A DNA stretch of 63,752 bases, filler included, from Octopus bimaculoides (lineage: Eukaryota): NCBI RefSeq assembly GCF_001194135.2. It is 8 parts of 8 records of this genome, joined end to end, with 100 filler letters (N's around TTAATTAATTAA, not from the genome) between each part and the next. Parts side by side here need not be neighbours in the genome. Positions count along the whole stretch, not along the records: positions 11,076 to 22,298 come from NC_068997.1; positions 22,399 to 49,246 come from NC_068981.1; 6 more parts are not named here. One strand, written 5' to 3'. The notes under the pieces were generated by a model. It saw only the letters and a program-made list of their open reading frames with translations. It was not told the origin of the DNA and did not search any database. The position numbers and the translations under genes were made by a program. Every line of letters starts with the position of its first letter. Position 1 is the first letter of the stretch. Below, in pieces: positions 11,743-25,400 of this stretch.

Positions 11743-12228
11743 GCGAGTACACAGCTCTCGATTTAAACCAACATTTGCATATTCCTTCTGGCGGTGGTTT
11801 GCAGATTCGTTATAGCACCGTTCAGAATCACTGTGTCCCTTAACCTACTTTCTAAAGTCCTGTTGAGGTGATCTCAGCCTTTCCTCTTTCCGACAATCGA
11901 TGAAAGAGACTGTACAGGTCATGCACTTCCGTGATTTACAGCCCGATAATTCATTCTAGATCCGTATTAGATAACTTAGTCTCGAATAACACGGCTATTC
12001 TTATTTATATAATATAAAACAATTACGCACAAACACACACACATATGTAAACGTATGTGTGATATATATAGACATGCATACATATATATATAGATAGATA
12101 GATATTCATGCATATATATATATATGTTTGTGTGTGTGTATATGTGTGTGTGAGTGTGTGTGTGTGTAAACATACACATTTAATAAAGACTGAGAAAAGG
12201 ATGGGGAAAGACTAAGCTGTAAATATAT

Positions 12229-12273
<45 letters not shown>

Positions 12274-12486
12274 TGTATATGTATGTGAGTGTTTGTATGT
12301 GAATGTACGTATATATGTATACATATATGCATTTATATCCATATATATGAATAGATATATACGTATATACATATACATATATACATTATATATACATATA
12401 TATATATATATATTTATATATGTGTGTGTGTGTGTGTGTATATGCATATGCATATGCATGTATGTATATTTAGTAATCACGAAAAA

Positions 12487-12611
12487 ATTATTATTATCAT
12501 TATTATTATTATTGCCATAATTATTATTATTGTTATTGTTGTTGCATGTATTATTGTTTTTGCGATTGTTAGTGTTTTTGTTGTCATCATCGCCTTCATT
12601 ATTATTATTAC

Positions 12612-12644
<33 letters not shown>

Positions 12645-12850
12645 CATCATCATCATCATCATCATCATCATTATCATCATTGTTGTTGTTGCTGTTGTTG
12701 TTGTTGTTGTTGTTCTTCTTCTTCTTCTTCTTCTTCTTATTATTATTATCATTATTATTATCGTTATTATTATTATCGTTATTATTATTGTTATTATTAT
12801 TATTATTGTTGTTATTGTTATTATTACTCTCGTTCTTATTGTTATTTATT
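12487..12850. repeat. Compound (ATT)n/(ATC)n/(GTT)n/(CTT)n array
   Basis: Direct inspection. Confidence 0.95.
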
Positions 12851-13274
12851 AATAAACTTATAATAATATGGTATAGATTTGTTTCATATTGAACGCGTCT
12901 GTAATTACTACGGAGTGTTTCGTTTGTTACCCATTTTTACCTTCTTCCTATGCATTTGTGCTTCATTAACTGCCTGCGTTCTGTTACCTATGCAGCGCTA
13001 GTTCTTTCCAATAGCTGGAGAGCTCGCTATACGCATTTTCATGAGTTGATTAAGGGTAATAATTAAGAAATTAACGAAACCAGAACTTGTACGCAGACAT
13101 TTATGTGTGTGTGTGTGTGTATGTGTTTGAGTGTGTATGCGTATGTGATTGTGTGTGTGAGTGTGTGCGTTTGTGTGTGTATGTGTGTGTATTAGTCTGT
13201 CTATTTCTCTCTATCTCTCTGCCTATCGATCTGTATATCTATCAAGCAGTCTCTCCATCTCTCTATCTCTCTAT

Positions 13275-13330
13275 CTTCTTCTTCTTCTTCTTCTTCTTCT
13301 TCTTCTTCTTCTTCTTCTTCTTCTTCTTCT

Positions 13331-13365
<35 letters not shown>

Positions 13366-13412
13366 TTCCTCTTCTTTCTCTCTTTCTTTCTCTCTCTCTC
13401 TCTCTTTCTCTC

Positions 13413-13445
<33 letters not shown>
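13275..13445. repeat. (CTT)n followed by (CT)n polypyrimidine tract
   Basis: Direct inspection. Confidence 0.95.
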
Positions 13446-13449
<4 letters not shown>

Positions 13450-13696
13450 AGGTGCGCATGCATGTGTATACGTGAGTGTGTATGCACATACATACAGACA
13501 CACACGCACTCACACACACACACGCACGCGCGCACACTATACAGATGTGTACAGAGATTATAGATATTCACATGCGTATGTGACATTGCCTGTCACTGAG
13601 TCGTTATATTCCTTTTTATGAGTCTGTATGCGTTACAAAAAAAAACAAAAAACAAAAAAAGATAATATACATATGCATATATACATACATACATAC

Positions 13697-13753
<57 letters not shown>

Positions 13754-14006
13754 CACAAACATGCTGACTCGTAGGTAGATAATGATAGGCTGAAATTTAG
13801 AGAGTGAGGGTGAGTGAGAGGGTAAGAGAGAGAGAGAGAATGAGAGAGAGAAAAAGTGTGTGTGTGTGTGTGAAAGAGAGTGAATGGCAACGTCGTGTTG
13901 GTGTGCTCGGAGATGCAGGAGTGTGGGAAATGTAATTAAACGCGCAACTAAATTCGATAGAAAATATACGGTATATTACAGCTACTTATATCGCAGACGA
14001 CATAAA

Positions 14007-14180
14007 GGCGGCGACATGGCAGAATCGTTAGCAAGTCGGACGAAAAGCCTTGCCGCATGTCGTCTGTCTTTAATTTCTGGGTCAAAATCCAGTCGAGGTC
14101 GACTTTACCTTTCATCCACCCATGGTCGATAGAATAATTACCAGTCCAGGATTGGGATCGATGTAATCGACTTTACCCTT
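14007..14180 (+). mobile_element. Family B CORE-like SINE
   Basis: ggcggcgacatggcagaatcgttagc ... gaggtcgactttacctttcatcc ... gatagaataattaccag ... atcgatgtaatcgact. Confidence 0.8.
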
Positions 14181-14249
14181 CGCGCTTAAATAGCTGGCCT
14201 AGTTGAACTGACTAAGATCTACAATTCTTGAATCATTACTTTTATTAGC

Positions 14250-14600
14250 AGAGGTAGTTTCCGAGCAAGCAGAATTATTACCGCGCCGGACAAAATGTTT
14301 AATGGTATTTCGTCCGTCTTTGTGTTCTGAGTTCAAATTCCCCCGGGATCGATGTTGCCAATGAAATGATGACCAATTGAGCACTTTGGTCCACGTGATC
14401 GACTAGTCCCCTTTCGCAAAATTATATATAATAGAAAGGATTATTATTATTGAAAGAGGAAAGGCGACGAGATGGCAGAATCCTTACCACGTCGGAGAAA
14501 TGACTTAGCGGCATTTTGTTTGTCTCTACATTCTGAGTTCAAATTCAACCGAGATCGATTCTTCCTTTCATCTTTTTGGTCTTGTGCCCCATAGTACAAA
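14250..14600 (+). mobile_element. Two further diverged family B SINE copies in tandem
   Basis: The motif gttctgagttcaaattc follows gcagaat-type heads at about 14270 and about 14470. Confidence 0.65.
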
Positions 14601-14889
14601 GAATTATTTGTAATAGAGGAGTTCAAATAGGACTGGATACTTGTGTTCATTGTGTCATCTCTCGGCTCTGAGTGTTAAATTTTAAAGGAGACATTGCAAA
14701 TAAAAGGAATCGTAAGACGCAAATGGCCAGGTTAAAATGGAAACGGTCAATGTATAATTAAGTAGTGCTTATTCTAAATCCATTTATGCTCAGTGGTCTA
14801 GACACTCTTTCTTTCGTTTTTTCTTTCTTCCTTTCTTCCTTCATTGCTTTCTTGCTTCCTTCCTTACTTGATTCCTTCCTTCTTTACTG

Positions 14890-14929
<40 letters not shown>

Positions 14930-14937
14930 TATATATG

Positions 14938-15610
14938 TGAGGTCTGATCAATAAGTATCCGGACTGTTGACATAGTAACATAAGTAAAGCACACAGAGTA
15001 AAGCCGCTTGGCACAGATAGACCATGAAGTTTGCTGTGCATGCACACTAAGTTTTAACGTTCTAGTTCACTTCCGCTGTTTACAGCAATGCTTGGAAGGA
15101 AGGTGTGTAGCATGTGATCGTCGCATTGACCATGGCAGAGGATGTTGTTATGGCAATACCTGCTAAGAGGCTTATGCAAAGTTGCAGAAAGTGTATTGAG
15201 AGGAGTGTATGGGCCGCACACAAGTGTACGAGTAGTTCAGACGTGTCCAAGATGGCCGAAAAATGTCGATATTGACGAACATTCTGGGAAACATGCAGAA
15301 CTGAGGAAAACATCGCAGATGTTCGTGCAGCTGTGAGGAGAAGTCGTCGAATCACCATCCGTGAGTTATCAGAGGATGTGGTATGAGATGCGTGTCTGCT
15401 AAGTCTGTGCCAAAACTGCTTTCAGCTGTCCGAAAAGATACTCGGGTTTCAGTTGCACAGGGACTTCTTCACTGTGTCGAGAACGATGAAAACTTTTTGA
15501 AAACTTTGCGTAGGCAAAGTTCAAGGTCAATTTGTGCCAAGCGGCTTCACTCTACGTGCTTCAGCTTCGTTACTATGGCAACAGTCTGGATACTTATTGA
15601 TCAGACCACG
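14938..15610 (+). mobile_element. Internally deleted mariner (irritans-like) derivative with unusually long (about 86-bp) inverted ends
   Basis: The left arm 14938-15023 and right arm 15525-15610 are inverted copies (ggtctgatcaataagtatcc(g/a)gactgttg(a/c)catagtaac ... aagccgcttggcaca). The right end is followed by TA. Internal frames give transposase N-terminal remnants: YAKLQKVY, MGRTQVYE, RRSRRITIRELSEDV, CVSAKSVPKLLS. Confidence 0.85.
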
Positions 15611-15877
15611 TATGTGTGTGTGTGTGTGTATCGCTGATTGTCTATTTTCCCCTGTATATATATATATATAAATGTTGGAAGATAGCGTACTCAGTACCAT
15701 AGTTGAGATTAATATTATATTTTATTTTGGTCAAGTCAGCTACTTGCTACTCTGAGTTTCAGTTTTTTTGTTTTTGGTGAGCAGGTTCTAGTAATAACTT
15801 GCTTCAAAAACCCTGTGTCCCCACAGGTGAAACTCAGATCAGCAAGAGACTACTAAAATTAAGTATGTTATATATAA

Positions 15878-15944
<67 letters not shown>

Positions 15945-16946
15945 TGTGTGCTTGTGAATGTGTGTATGTATGTGTGTGTGTATGTGTGTGTGTTTTCATC
16001 TGTACTATACGTAGAGACAGGATGGATCGTGAATAATTTCCCTCGAAATTCCCCTCACTAGAAATCTCTATGACTTGGAATCTACTCACCCCTGTAGCCG
16101 TTGGTGATCCGAAGATATTTAAAGATTTAGCCACAAATGAATGTTCGAAGGAATTCGTTGTTATCCAAGTTTCCTACATTTGCTTAATTCATATGGGACA
16201 GGCTATTTGCTGAATCTTCATGCACTTTTAGCTCTTCTCATATATGTAATTATTATATTCCCTCGGTAGACAATTCTGTAGTTATTTTTCATCAGTTTCC
16301 TATATAAATATTTATGTGTCAATAATATGTAAAAGACCATGAAATACATTTTGTAACGGTTAGTACCGGTTTCTGCCTTTCCGACTTTGTCAACTAAGAA
16401 TCAGAGAAGATGAATATTAATTAAGAAAAGCTATGAAATTGAAGAAAAATTAAATGAAATGTTTTGTAAATATTTCCACAGTCTTCAAATAAGTAAGACA
16501 TTTTCCTTTTTTTTTTGTCTCCCTCTCTTTTCCTTTGTGAAGGCTTATAAGGCAAATAGTAGCAGATCTGAAAATTGTATTTATGGGTGCAGAGATATAT
16601 TTGTGTTTATGGATTCAGAGACATATTTGATATATACACACACACAGATATGCACACGCACATACATGCACATACACACGCGTAAAAAGTAAGGAAATAA
16701 AATATATTACCAATATATGTGTATATTATTGTCCACACATCCACTCTGCCTATCATTGGGTATCTCTGTGTGACGCTTGTACATCAATGTCTGATGGGTG
16801 TACTTGTACATTAGACCAGCTAAGGAGTACATCCTATAATTATTTATTCCAACAGAAGCAAACAACCGGAAATATAACGTTTTAAGCCTCTAATTTTACG
16901 ATCCTATCGTGTGGTTTTTGTGTTGTTTTTACAATAACATTTTGTA

Positions 16947-17210
16947 GGCGCAGCCGTTGCTGTGTGGTAAGAAGCTTGTTTCCCAACCACATGGTCCCGG
17001 GTTCAGTCTCACTCCGTGAAACTTGGTCATATCTATATGTGTGTGTCTTGCAGTCTGTGTTTGTTCTCTATCACCGTCTGACAAATGGTGTTGGTATGTT
17101 TACGTCCCCATAACTTAGCGGTTCGGTGAAAGAATTACTAGAATAAGTAATAGGTTTAAAAAATAATAAGTCATAGGGACGATTTGTTCGACTAAATCCC
17201 TTCAAGGCCT
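16947..17210 (+). mobile_element. Family A SINE with an internal deletion
   Basis: Family A head and 3' half are present; the central ccttgggcaag...gaagcccgtcg segment is missing. Confidence 0.75.
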
Positions 17211-17499
17211 TCCTGCAATGTGGAAATACACATACACACACACACACACAAGGTGGGTAAATGGGGATAATTATTCAGGCGTGTACCGTAATAGCTCTCA
17301 GTTATATTTCATGTTTCAGCTGACCACACTGTACAACAAAACACGTGTCGGTAACTTTAACCAACTAATTATATTTTATGTTCAACTGTCATATTAAGAC
17401 GAAAATTTGAAGATGTACTAGTCTCTGTATTACTTGTAATTGTTCGGCATGCATGCATATATATATATATATAACACAATACTAATAATAATAATAATA

Positions 17500-17667
17500 G
17501 TCGTTTCTACTGAAAGCACAAGGCCTGAAATTTGGGAGGGAGGGATTAGTCGATTACATCGATCCCAGTGTTTCACTGGTACTTATTTTATCGACCCTGG
17601 CAGAATTTGAACTCAGAACGTAAAGACGGACGAAATGCCGCTAAGCATTTTGCTCGGCGTTCTAACG
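17500..17667 (-). mobile_element. Family B SINE
   Basis: gtcgattacatcgatcccagtg...ctggtacttattttatcgacc...gaatttgaactcagaacgtaaagacggacgaaatgccgctaagc. Confidence 0.8.
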
Positions 17668-18028
17668 ACGACGACGACAACAACACCAACAACAACAACA
17701 ATAATAATAATAATAATAATAATAGTGATTTCTTTTATTAGCCTTTGATGGCATGCACTGCTCTTCCATTCAAAAATAATGATAAAATGCATAGGGGCGT
17801 GTATATGTACACACACACATACACACACACATATATCACAATACATCACTATATCCGCTATCGACTAGATGTTGGATGGTGTTATAAACCGCTGGTAACA
17901 ATGCGCTTTGCATTGTTTTAGCATTCGAATGATCCTACTCCGCCGGTTGGGTAGGAGCACCAGTCCGTTGAAGTGTTCTGATCAAGAACACAATCTATAT
18001 AGATAGATAGCAAGACAAACAAACAAAC

Positions 18029-18078
<50 letters not shown>

Positions 18079-18544
18079 TGTTAGTCGTTGAAATCTGCGT
18101 CCACGTGGAATATTGAAGTATAGCCGAGAACAAAAGAAAGGAAACACAAACACATTCAACCGTACAAATAACTAACAAATGCACAGAGTATATATGTTGA
18201 CGCTATTAGGTTTAATCAGGAGACAGTTCAACGTTTTGGAAAGCTGCCTTTCATCAAGAAAAGAAAAATGATGTTGATTTATATTGAAACAGCATCTTGA
18301 ATCGGCAAATGAAAAGTGGTTGACGGGGAGGGGAATATGTTGACTGCTGCTTTACAGCCAAAACGACTGGTGAGGGAGTGAATCGTCATATACAAAATAA
18401 GTTTATGTAGTTTTTGCATATATGTATACATATATATATATATATATATGCTTAGATGTGTGTGTATATATATGTATATAATTATACAAATGTATACATG
18501 CATACATAAGTATAAGCACACGCACACACACAAACAAACCACGT

Positions 18545-18691
18545 GCTTCTGTCAGTCTCGGTCAACTAAATCCACTGACGAGACTTTACCGGCCTGGGGC
18601 TATAGTAGTAGACAGCTGTTCAAAATGCCAAGCAGTAGGACTGAAACCAGAGCCATGTGGTTGGGAGGCAAGCTTCGTTCGACAAAGCCAC
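18545..18691 (-). mobile_element. Family A SINE 5' half, diverged
   Basis: aaatccact...gctatagtag...gccaagcagtaggactgaaacc...ccatgtggttg. Confidence 0.6.
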
Positions 18692-18844
18692 ACACACACA
18701 CACACTAATATATATATATCATACATGATGCGTATGGATACACATGCATATATATATATATATATATATGGCAGGAATCGAAATGAGATTTTAGACGATG
18801 TTGTATGTATGTGAGTATGTATGTGTATATATGCACACAATCGT

Positions 18845-19155
18845 AGGATCGCGGTTTCGATTCCCAGACCGGGCGTTGTGAGTGTCTATTGAGCGAAAAC
18901 ACCTAATGCTCCACGAGGCTCCGGCTTGAGATGGTGGCGAACCCTGCTGTACTCTTTCACCACAACTTTCTCTCACTCTTACTTCCTGTTTCTGTTGTGC
19001 CTGTAATTCAAAGGGTCAGCCTTGTCACGCTGTGTCACGCTGAATATCCCCGAGAACTACTTTAAGGGTACACATGTCTGTGGAGTGCTCAGCCACTTCC
19101 ACGTTAATTTCACGAGCTGGAACCCTCGACGTCGTAAGCGACGGAGTGCCAACGT
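18845..19155 (+). mobile_element. tRNA-derived SINE (family D), 5' end eroded
   Basis: B-box-like GGTTTCGATTCC at about 18850. The body gtcacgctgaatatccccgagaactac...gtggagtgctcagccactt...ggaaccctcgacgtcgtaagcgacggagtgcc has homologs at 330-505 and about 47390-47530. Confidence 0.65.
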
Positions 19156-19221
19156 GTATATGCACACACACACATAGATATATACCTCAACATGCTGATA
19201 CTTATGTGTATGTATGTACAT

Positions 19222-19255
<34 letters not shown>

Positions 19256-19272
19256 TATAATTATAGAATATT

Positions 19273-19307
<35 letters not shown>

Positions 19308-19949
19308 NNNNNNNNNNNNNNNNNNNNNNNNNNNNNNNNNNNNNNNNNNNNNNNNNNNNNNNNNNNNNNNNNNNNNNNNNNNNNNNNNNNNNNNNNNNNN
19401 NNNNNNNNNNNNNNNNNNNNNNNNNNNNNNNNNNNNNNNNNNNNNNNNNNNNNNNNNNNNNNNNNNNNNNNNNNNNNNNNNNNNNNNNNNNNNNNNNNNN
19501 NNNNNNNNNNNNNNNNNNNNNNNNNNNNNNNNNNNNNNNNNNNNNNNNNNNNNNNNNNNNNNNNNNNNNNNNNNNNNNNNNNNNNNNNNNNNNNNNNNNN
19601 NNNNNNNNNNNNNNNNNNNNNNNNNNNNNNNNNNNNNNNNNNNNNNNNNNNNNNNNNNNNNNNNNNNNNNNNNNNNNNNNNNNNNNNNNNNNNNNNNNNN
19701 NNNNNNNNNNNNNNNNNNNNNNTATATATATATATATATCGCTTTCCTTCAATAGCTCACATCGGTGTGACAGTTTTCTTTCATTTGTGGATAAGTGTGT
19801 AATGTTGATTCATATGCCACAGTGTACCTACGATGTCTGAGGGGATAATTAACACTGCCAGGCTTAGAATTAATAATTATTAGGATGAATTGAATAACAA
19901 CTTAGATTTATTCAGCCCCGGCATCTTTATTGAACAAAAATGTACGGTT

Positions 19950-20090
19950 ACAAGAACTTGTAGAAATAACTGTCAAATCTCCCATATTTCACACTGTATA
20001 ACTACCATAGATATATATAGTACGTGTTAGAGAATGTTGACCTAAATATAAATAAGAGACTAGACGGCCACGGCTGGAATGTTTTTATCA
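19950..20090. mobile_element. Old interspersed repeat (family E), unclassified
   Basis: The motifs (c/t)tagaaata(a/g)c(t/a)g(t/c)caaatctc and (ca/gg)tcac(g/a)gctggaatg(t/c)ctt recur at about 26390-26480 and 26580-26720. Confidence 0.4.
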
Positions 20091-20229
20091 TATATTTTTT
20101 TTTATATTGTTGTCGTCATTTGAATTTTATAAACTTTCGAGAGAACGTGAAATAATTCTTTTTTTCGAATTGTGGATCTTGAAGCCTACATAACGTTACA
20201 GATAATGTTTCAAATTTTCGTACAAGATC

Positions 20230-20422
20230 AACAGTTTCTGGGTCGGGGACTAAGTCGGCTACATCGACACCAGTGCTCAACTGGTAATTATTTTATCAAC
20301 CCCGAAAGGATGAAAGGCAAGGTCGACCTGGGTGGAATTAGATCTTAGAGTTTAAAGACCTACGAAATGCCGCTCGCCATTTCACCTCGATATGTTAGCG
20401 ATTCTGCCAGCTCGCCGCCTCC
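20230..20422 (-). mobile_element. Family B SINE
   Basis: accccgaaaggatgaaaggcaaggtcgacct ... cgattctgccagctcgccgcc. Confidence 0.8.
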
Positions 20423-20915
20423 ATAAAGCTATAAATAAGAGCATGCGGAATATTAGGTTTTCCATGCTGTCCATTATGTGTGCTTCAAGATCCACTGTTC
20501 CTTAGTGGATCTTAATCAACAAGATATGTTATTAGCGCTGTTGACGTAACGCGGGTCTCTTATATTCTCGCATTTGTTGTTTGTTGTTGTTGGTGTTGCT
20601 GTTGTGATTGTCATAGCTATGGGGAGGGGCAGTAACAGTTGAATGAGTGACAAAATAACCAGCGGTGTTGAATTACTTCCCTTTCTGTTCCCAGTTCAAA
20701 TCAAGCTAAAGTCAACATAGTCTTTCGTCTGTCTGGAGATGGGGGCGGGGTTAAGGATATAAAGCACTAATCGTGTTGGAGTCAATTTAACTCGAAAATA
20801 ATTTTCATCTAAACGTCTTGCCTTCCGCCCGTTATAGATACTTGTGAAATTATATATATATATATACACAAACATATATATTTTTATATATGTATATGTA
20901 TGTGTGTGTGTATGT

Positions 20916-21123
20916 TCTCTTTTTCTCTTTTGTTTCAGTCATTTGATTGCGGCCACGCTGGAGCGCCGCCTTTAGTCGAACTAATCGACCCCAGGACTTA
21001 TTCTTTGTAACCCTAGTACTTATTCTATCGGGCTCTTTTTGCCGAACCGCATGGTTACGTGGATGTAAACACGTCAACATCGATTGTCAAACGATGTTGG
21101 TGGGGACACTCACAGACATACAA

Positions 21124-21165
<42 letters not shown>

Positions 21166-21351
21166 ACACACATATATATATATGTGTACGATGGGCTTCT
21201 TTTAGTTTCCATCTACCATATCCACTCACAAGGCTTCGATCGGCCCGAGGCTATAGTAGATAAGACCTGCGCAAGGTTCCACGCAGTGGGACTGAACCTA
21301 GAACCATGAGGTTGGGAAGCAAGCTTCTTACTACACAACCAGTCCTGCGCC
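20916..21351 (-). mobile_element. Family A SINE
   Basis: Full head-to-tail match to the other family A copies, with an internal (CA)n tract. Confidence 0.85.
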
Positions 21352-21787
21352 TATATATATACATACCTATTTGTGTGTGGATGTGTGTGTGGAAACGAAC
21401 AGTTGAAGGCTTATGAGTGGAAGTGTGACCACAATTCCATTACTTTACACATCTCTGTCTTTTCCTCAGTTGGTCTCTTCTCTCGCACTTTCTCGCTCTC
21501 TCTGTCTCTCTCTGTCTGTCTGTCTGTCTCTCTCTCCCTCTCCCTGATCATCTTTCTCGCTCTTTCTTCACACTTTCTCTCACACTCTTTGTTTTTCTCT
21601 CTTTGTCACACCCACCCAACCACCCAACCAACCACCCACGCACGCACATATACACACACATAAACAAACGCTCTCAGACCCACATCACTGCGTGGACGAT
21701 ATATCTACTGGATATTATCACTACGTGACATTAACTGTTGAGAGACGAACTCCATGCAAACTGCGTGACTTACACTGTACTAACAGC

Positions 21788-21892
<105 letters not shown>

Positions 21893-22267
21893 GTCTCCCT
21901 CCCTTATTAGCCTACTTTCCACACCTACACGCTATCAATTTCAAGAACACCACAATATATTAGATGCGGACAATTTATTAGATTGGTCACACCTCTGTTC
22001 CTACATTCACTAACAAATTTCAGTGCTGTGTGCGTGTGTGCGTTTACAAGAATGTGCGTTTCTACGTAACCACTGACGCAGGTCTCGCAACGCTAGAGCG
22101 TAATGCAATACAGTTTGATATCCATACCTATATACACACATACAAACAAACACACATAACATATATGTGTGCGTCTGTGTATACACATATATGTGTGTGT
22201 ATATGTGTATACACAGACATATATCTATATCTATCTATCTATCTATATATATATATATATACTTATA

Positions 22268-22298
<31 letters not shown>

Positions 22299-22417
22299 NN
22301 NNNNNNNNNNNNNNNNNNNNNNNNNNNNNNNNNNNNNNNNNNTTAATTAATTAANNNNNNNNNNNNNNNNNNNNNNNNNNNNNNNNNNNNNNNNNNNNTA
22401 TATATATATATATATAT

Positions 22418-22455
<38 letters not shown>

Positions 22456-22482
22456 GCATATATATATCTTTTATCGTTGACG

Positions 22483-22678
22483 TGTTTCAGTCATTTGACT
22501 GTGGCCATGCTGGAGCACCGCCTTGAAGGGTTTTAGTGGCACAAATCGACCTCAAAACCTCATTTTTAAACCTGGTATATATTCTATCGGTTTCTTTTTG
22601 CCAAATTGCTAAGTTACGAGGACGTAAGCCAACCAACAGCGGTTGTCAAAGCAGTGGTAGAGACGAACACAATCACAG

Positions 22679-22726
<48 letters not shown>

Positions 22727-22820
22727 GATGGGCTTCTTTCAATTTCCGTCCTCCAAGTCCACTCACAAGGGTTTTCGTTGGTCCGAGGCTATAGAAGAGA
22801 CTTGCCCAACATGCCATGCA
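22483..22820 (-). mobile_element. Family A SINE lacking its head, abutting an RTE fragment
   Basis: Tail and body match family A; homology stops at about 22820. Confidence 0.8.
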
Positions 22821-22985
22821 GTGTTAGGCTGTTCGAGGAAAAGCGCTTCAAGAGCCTGGACCAGAAGCGACAAGCCCGAAAACATGTGGCCGCGTCTACG
22901 CGTCCGCCTTTGGGCTCCGCTCCCACCTCACCACCTCAGGCGTCACTGACGTCATTGTCGAACCCCGAGAGACTTTCATTATATT
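22821..22985 (+). mobile_element. RTE-clade LINE extreme 3' fragment
   Basis: Reads VRLFEEKRFKSLDQKRQARK, resembling the RTE C-terminal FEE.R...L..KR..RK pattern. It ends in gtcattgtcgaaccccgagagact followed by an AT-rich tail. Confidence 0.5.
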
Positions 22986-23772
22986 ATGTATGCATGTATA
23001 TATGTATATGTTTTTATGTCTATGAAGTTACGTTTATCAGTGCAAACTGGTGTCACACTTGCGTTAGCCGTTCGTTAACTATAAGTTGATAAATATGTAC
23101 CGCCAAAGACGGGTGGAAAGAGTAGCGAAAAACCCCACGATTTATAGACTGGGATACCTGATTGTACCCCTCCTCGCTACAGGTGGCACCTAGTGATGTG
23201 TGAAAGTAGAAGATGGATTTGATTAATCACATTAGCAGCTTCTGTTACTAAAAGAGATTTATAATTGGCTGCATTTTAATATTAAAGTAAGGCGCATTTA
23301 GTTAGCAAAAATGCTAGAGTTTGTTCGACCGCTTATATTACACTCTAAATGTAATGTGGATTCTGATCTAAATTGAGTTGGGCTTTTCTTTGGAAAATTG
23401 ACATTGCTATTTGTTAATAAAATAGTCGCTTCCTTTCTGGCTTTATTCATTGTGTTCCGTCTTTCCTACATGCCATGTAGGAAAGCACAGTCCAATGGAT
23501 GGTGTGACAATAGAACCCTAATCCTTTACGATGGTAAAGGAACTAAAAGTAAGTATTGATATAGAAGTAAAAATTTGTAAAGAGGAGGAAAAGTACTGCA
23601 AATATGGAATAGAAAATACAAAATAAAACGTAGAAGATAAATAGAGACAATAACAACATTAATACTAATAACAGCAACAACAACAACAACAACATCAACA
23701 ACAATAACAACGACGACGATGATGATGATGGTGATGTTACTGCTGCAGCTGATGATGATGAAGAAAATAATG

Positions 23773-23836
<64 letters not shown>

Positions 23837-24689
23837 CAATGATAATACTAGGAAATGATACTGATGGCGAAAAAAGTAGTAAGATAAGGTGAAGGTTGTT
23901 ATTGTTGGTATAAATATGTATTGATATTGGAAAAAGAAAGATAAAAATAATTCTAGCTTCTTGAAGTATGGACTGTGTAGGCAAGAGGAAAGAATATATA
24001 TATATATCGTATTATATATATTGTATATAATATATATATATATCGTATTATATATATTGTATATAATATATATATATANNNNNNNNNNNNNNNNNNNNNN
24101 NNNNNNNNNNNNNNNNNNNNNNNNNNNNNNNNNNNNNNNNNNNNNNNNNNNNNNNNNNNNNNNNNNNNNNNNNNNNNNNNNNNNNNNNNNNNNNNNNNNN
24201 NNNNNNNNNNNNNNNNNNNNNNNNNNNNNNNNNNNNNNNNNNNNNNNNNNNATATATATATATATATATAATATAGGTGTATGCAAATATATAGCTATAT
24301 ACCTCTCCCTGCTAAAACATTGGAAATGCCAGAAGAATAAACATAACATTATCGCTACGAACGATCTTAACTATGGCAAACAACTTTTTTTTTTTTCCTG
24401 AATAATCATCTCGTCTCTTTCGCCTTCTCCCACTATTTGCCTTTTTAAAGAATACCACACCTGTCTTTCATTGTGTTCTCGTATACATTCCCAGTCACAT
24501 GCACACAAACGCAAACACACTCATAGATAATACGTTTATCATATATACAGCATATATAGATATATTATACGTGTTTACATGTATACGTATTTATATACTG
24601 ATGCAAAGACGCTGACGTATACATTTACAAATACATATTCACGCAAACAAACGCTCTCATACATGTATATATGGTGAACAGGGTTCCTT

Positions 24690-25400
24690 TTAGACACATT
24701 GAAAACTCTGTTTGAGTTTTATCGTTTTCATCTCAATGTTTTCATATTTTCGTATGAGCTCCTTGCTGTTTGTTTGGTGGAGTAATATTTCTAAATTCAA
24801 CATTAACGTACCTAGATCTTGGTTAGTCTCACCTTCTAGACGAAGTGATGTTAGTCTCTTTATAATATGGATGGTTAATTTCATTGATATAGATATTACC
24901 ATCGTAATTTGTTTTTTAACCGTTAGATTTATACGTCATCCATCATGTTCATTTTGTTTTGAGAACTCATGTTTCCCCAGTCTTTTTACTTATCTAAACT
25001 GCAATTTATATAGACAAAAAATGTATTATGAATTGGTTTGGCGCTTAGGGTTCACGTTCGTGACGTTATACATGAATATGATAAAAAGCAAAGTGGTACC
25101 AAGATACAAAAATAAGATGTACACCAGATACGTGGACGGAGTTCTTAAAAGTGGTCCTACGTATAACCATGATGGTTGGGGAAAGGCTCATCTGTCAATT
25201 TAAGGAAATTTTCATGTTGATGGATTAAGGTAAGAAGAACCGGCAAGTACACTGAGACTTTTTAATGGGAATATTCTGGAAGTGACTTTGTGCCCCTAAA
25301 ATATCTAAAACATATTACCAAATAAACCATCAATACTTACAGTTAAGATATATATATAAAGAATCATGTTTACTAATTCAAATCAGTAAAACTAGAAGAG
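24690..25400. mobile_element. Decayed Penelope-like element fragments
   Basis: The plus strand near 25030-25145 reads ...LGFTFVTLYMNMIKSKVVPRYKNKMYTRYVD, resembling the PLE RT segment GSPLG..FANFYM..IE...RYVDD. The minus strand at 24690-24902 reads ELIRKYENIEMKTIKLKQS, resembling a PLE N-terminus. Many stops are present. Confidence 0.4.

Noticed and set aside
23175-23192. CTCF-like GCTACAGGTGGCAC
   Set aside because: It mismatches the 5' half of the consensus, is a single occurrence, and has no supporting context.
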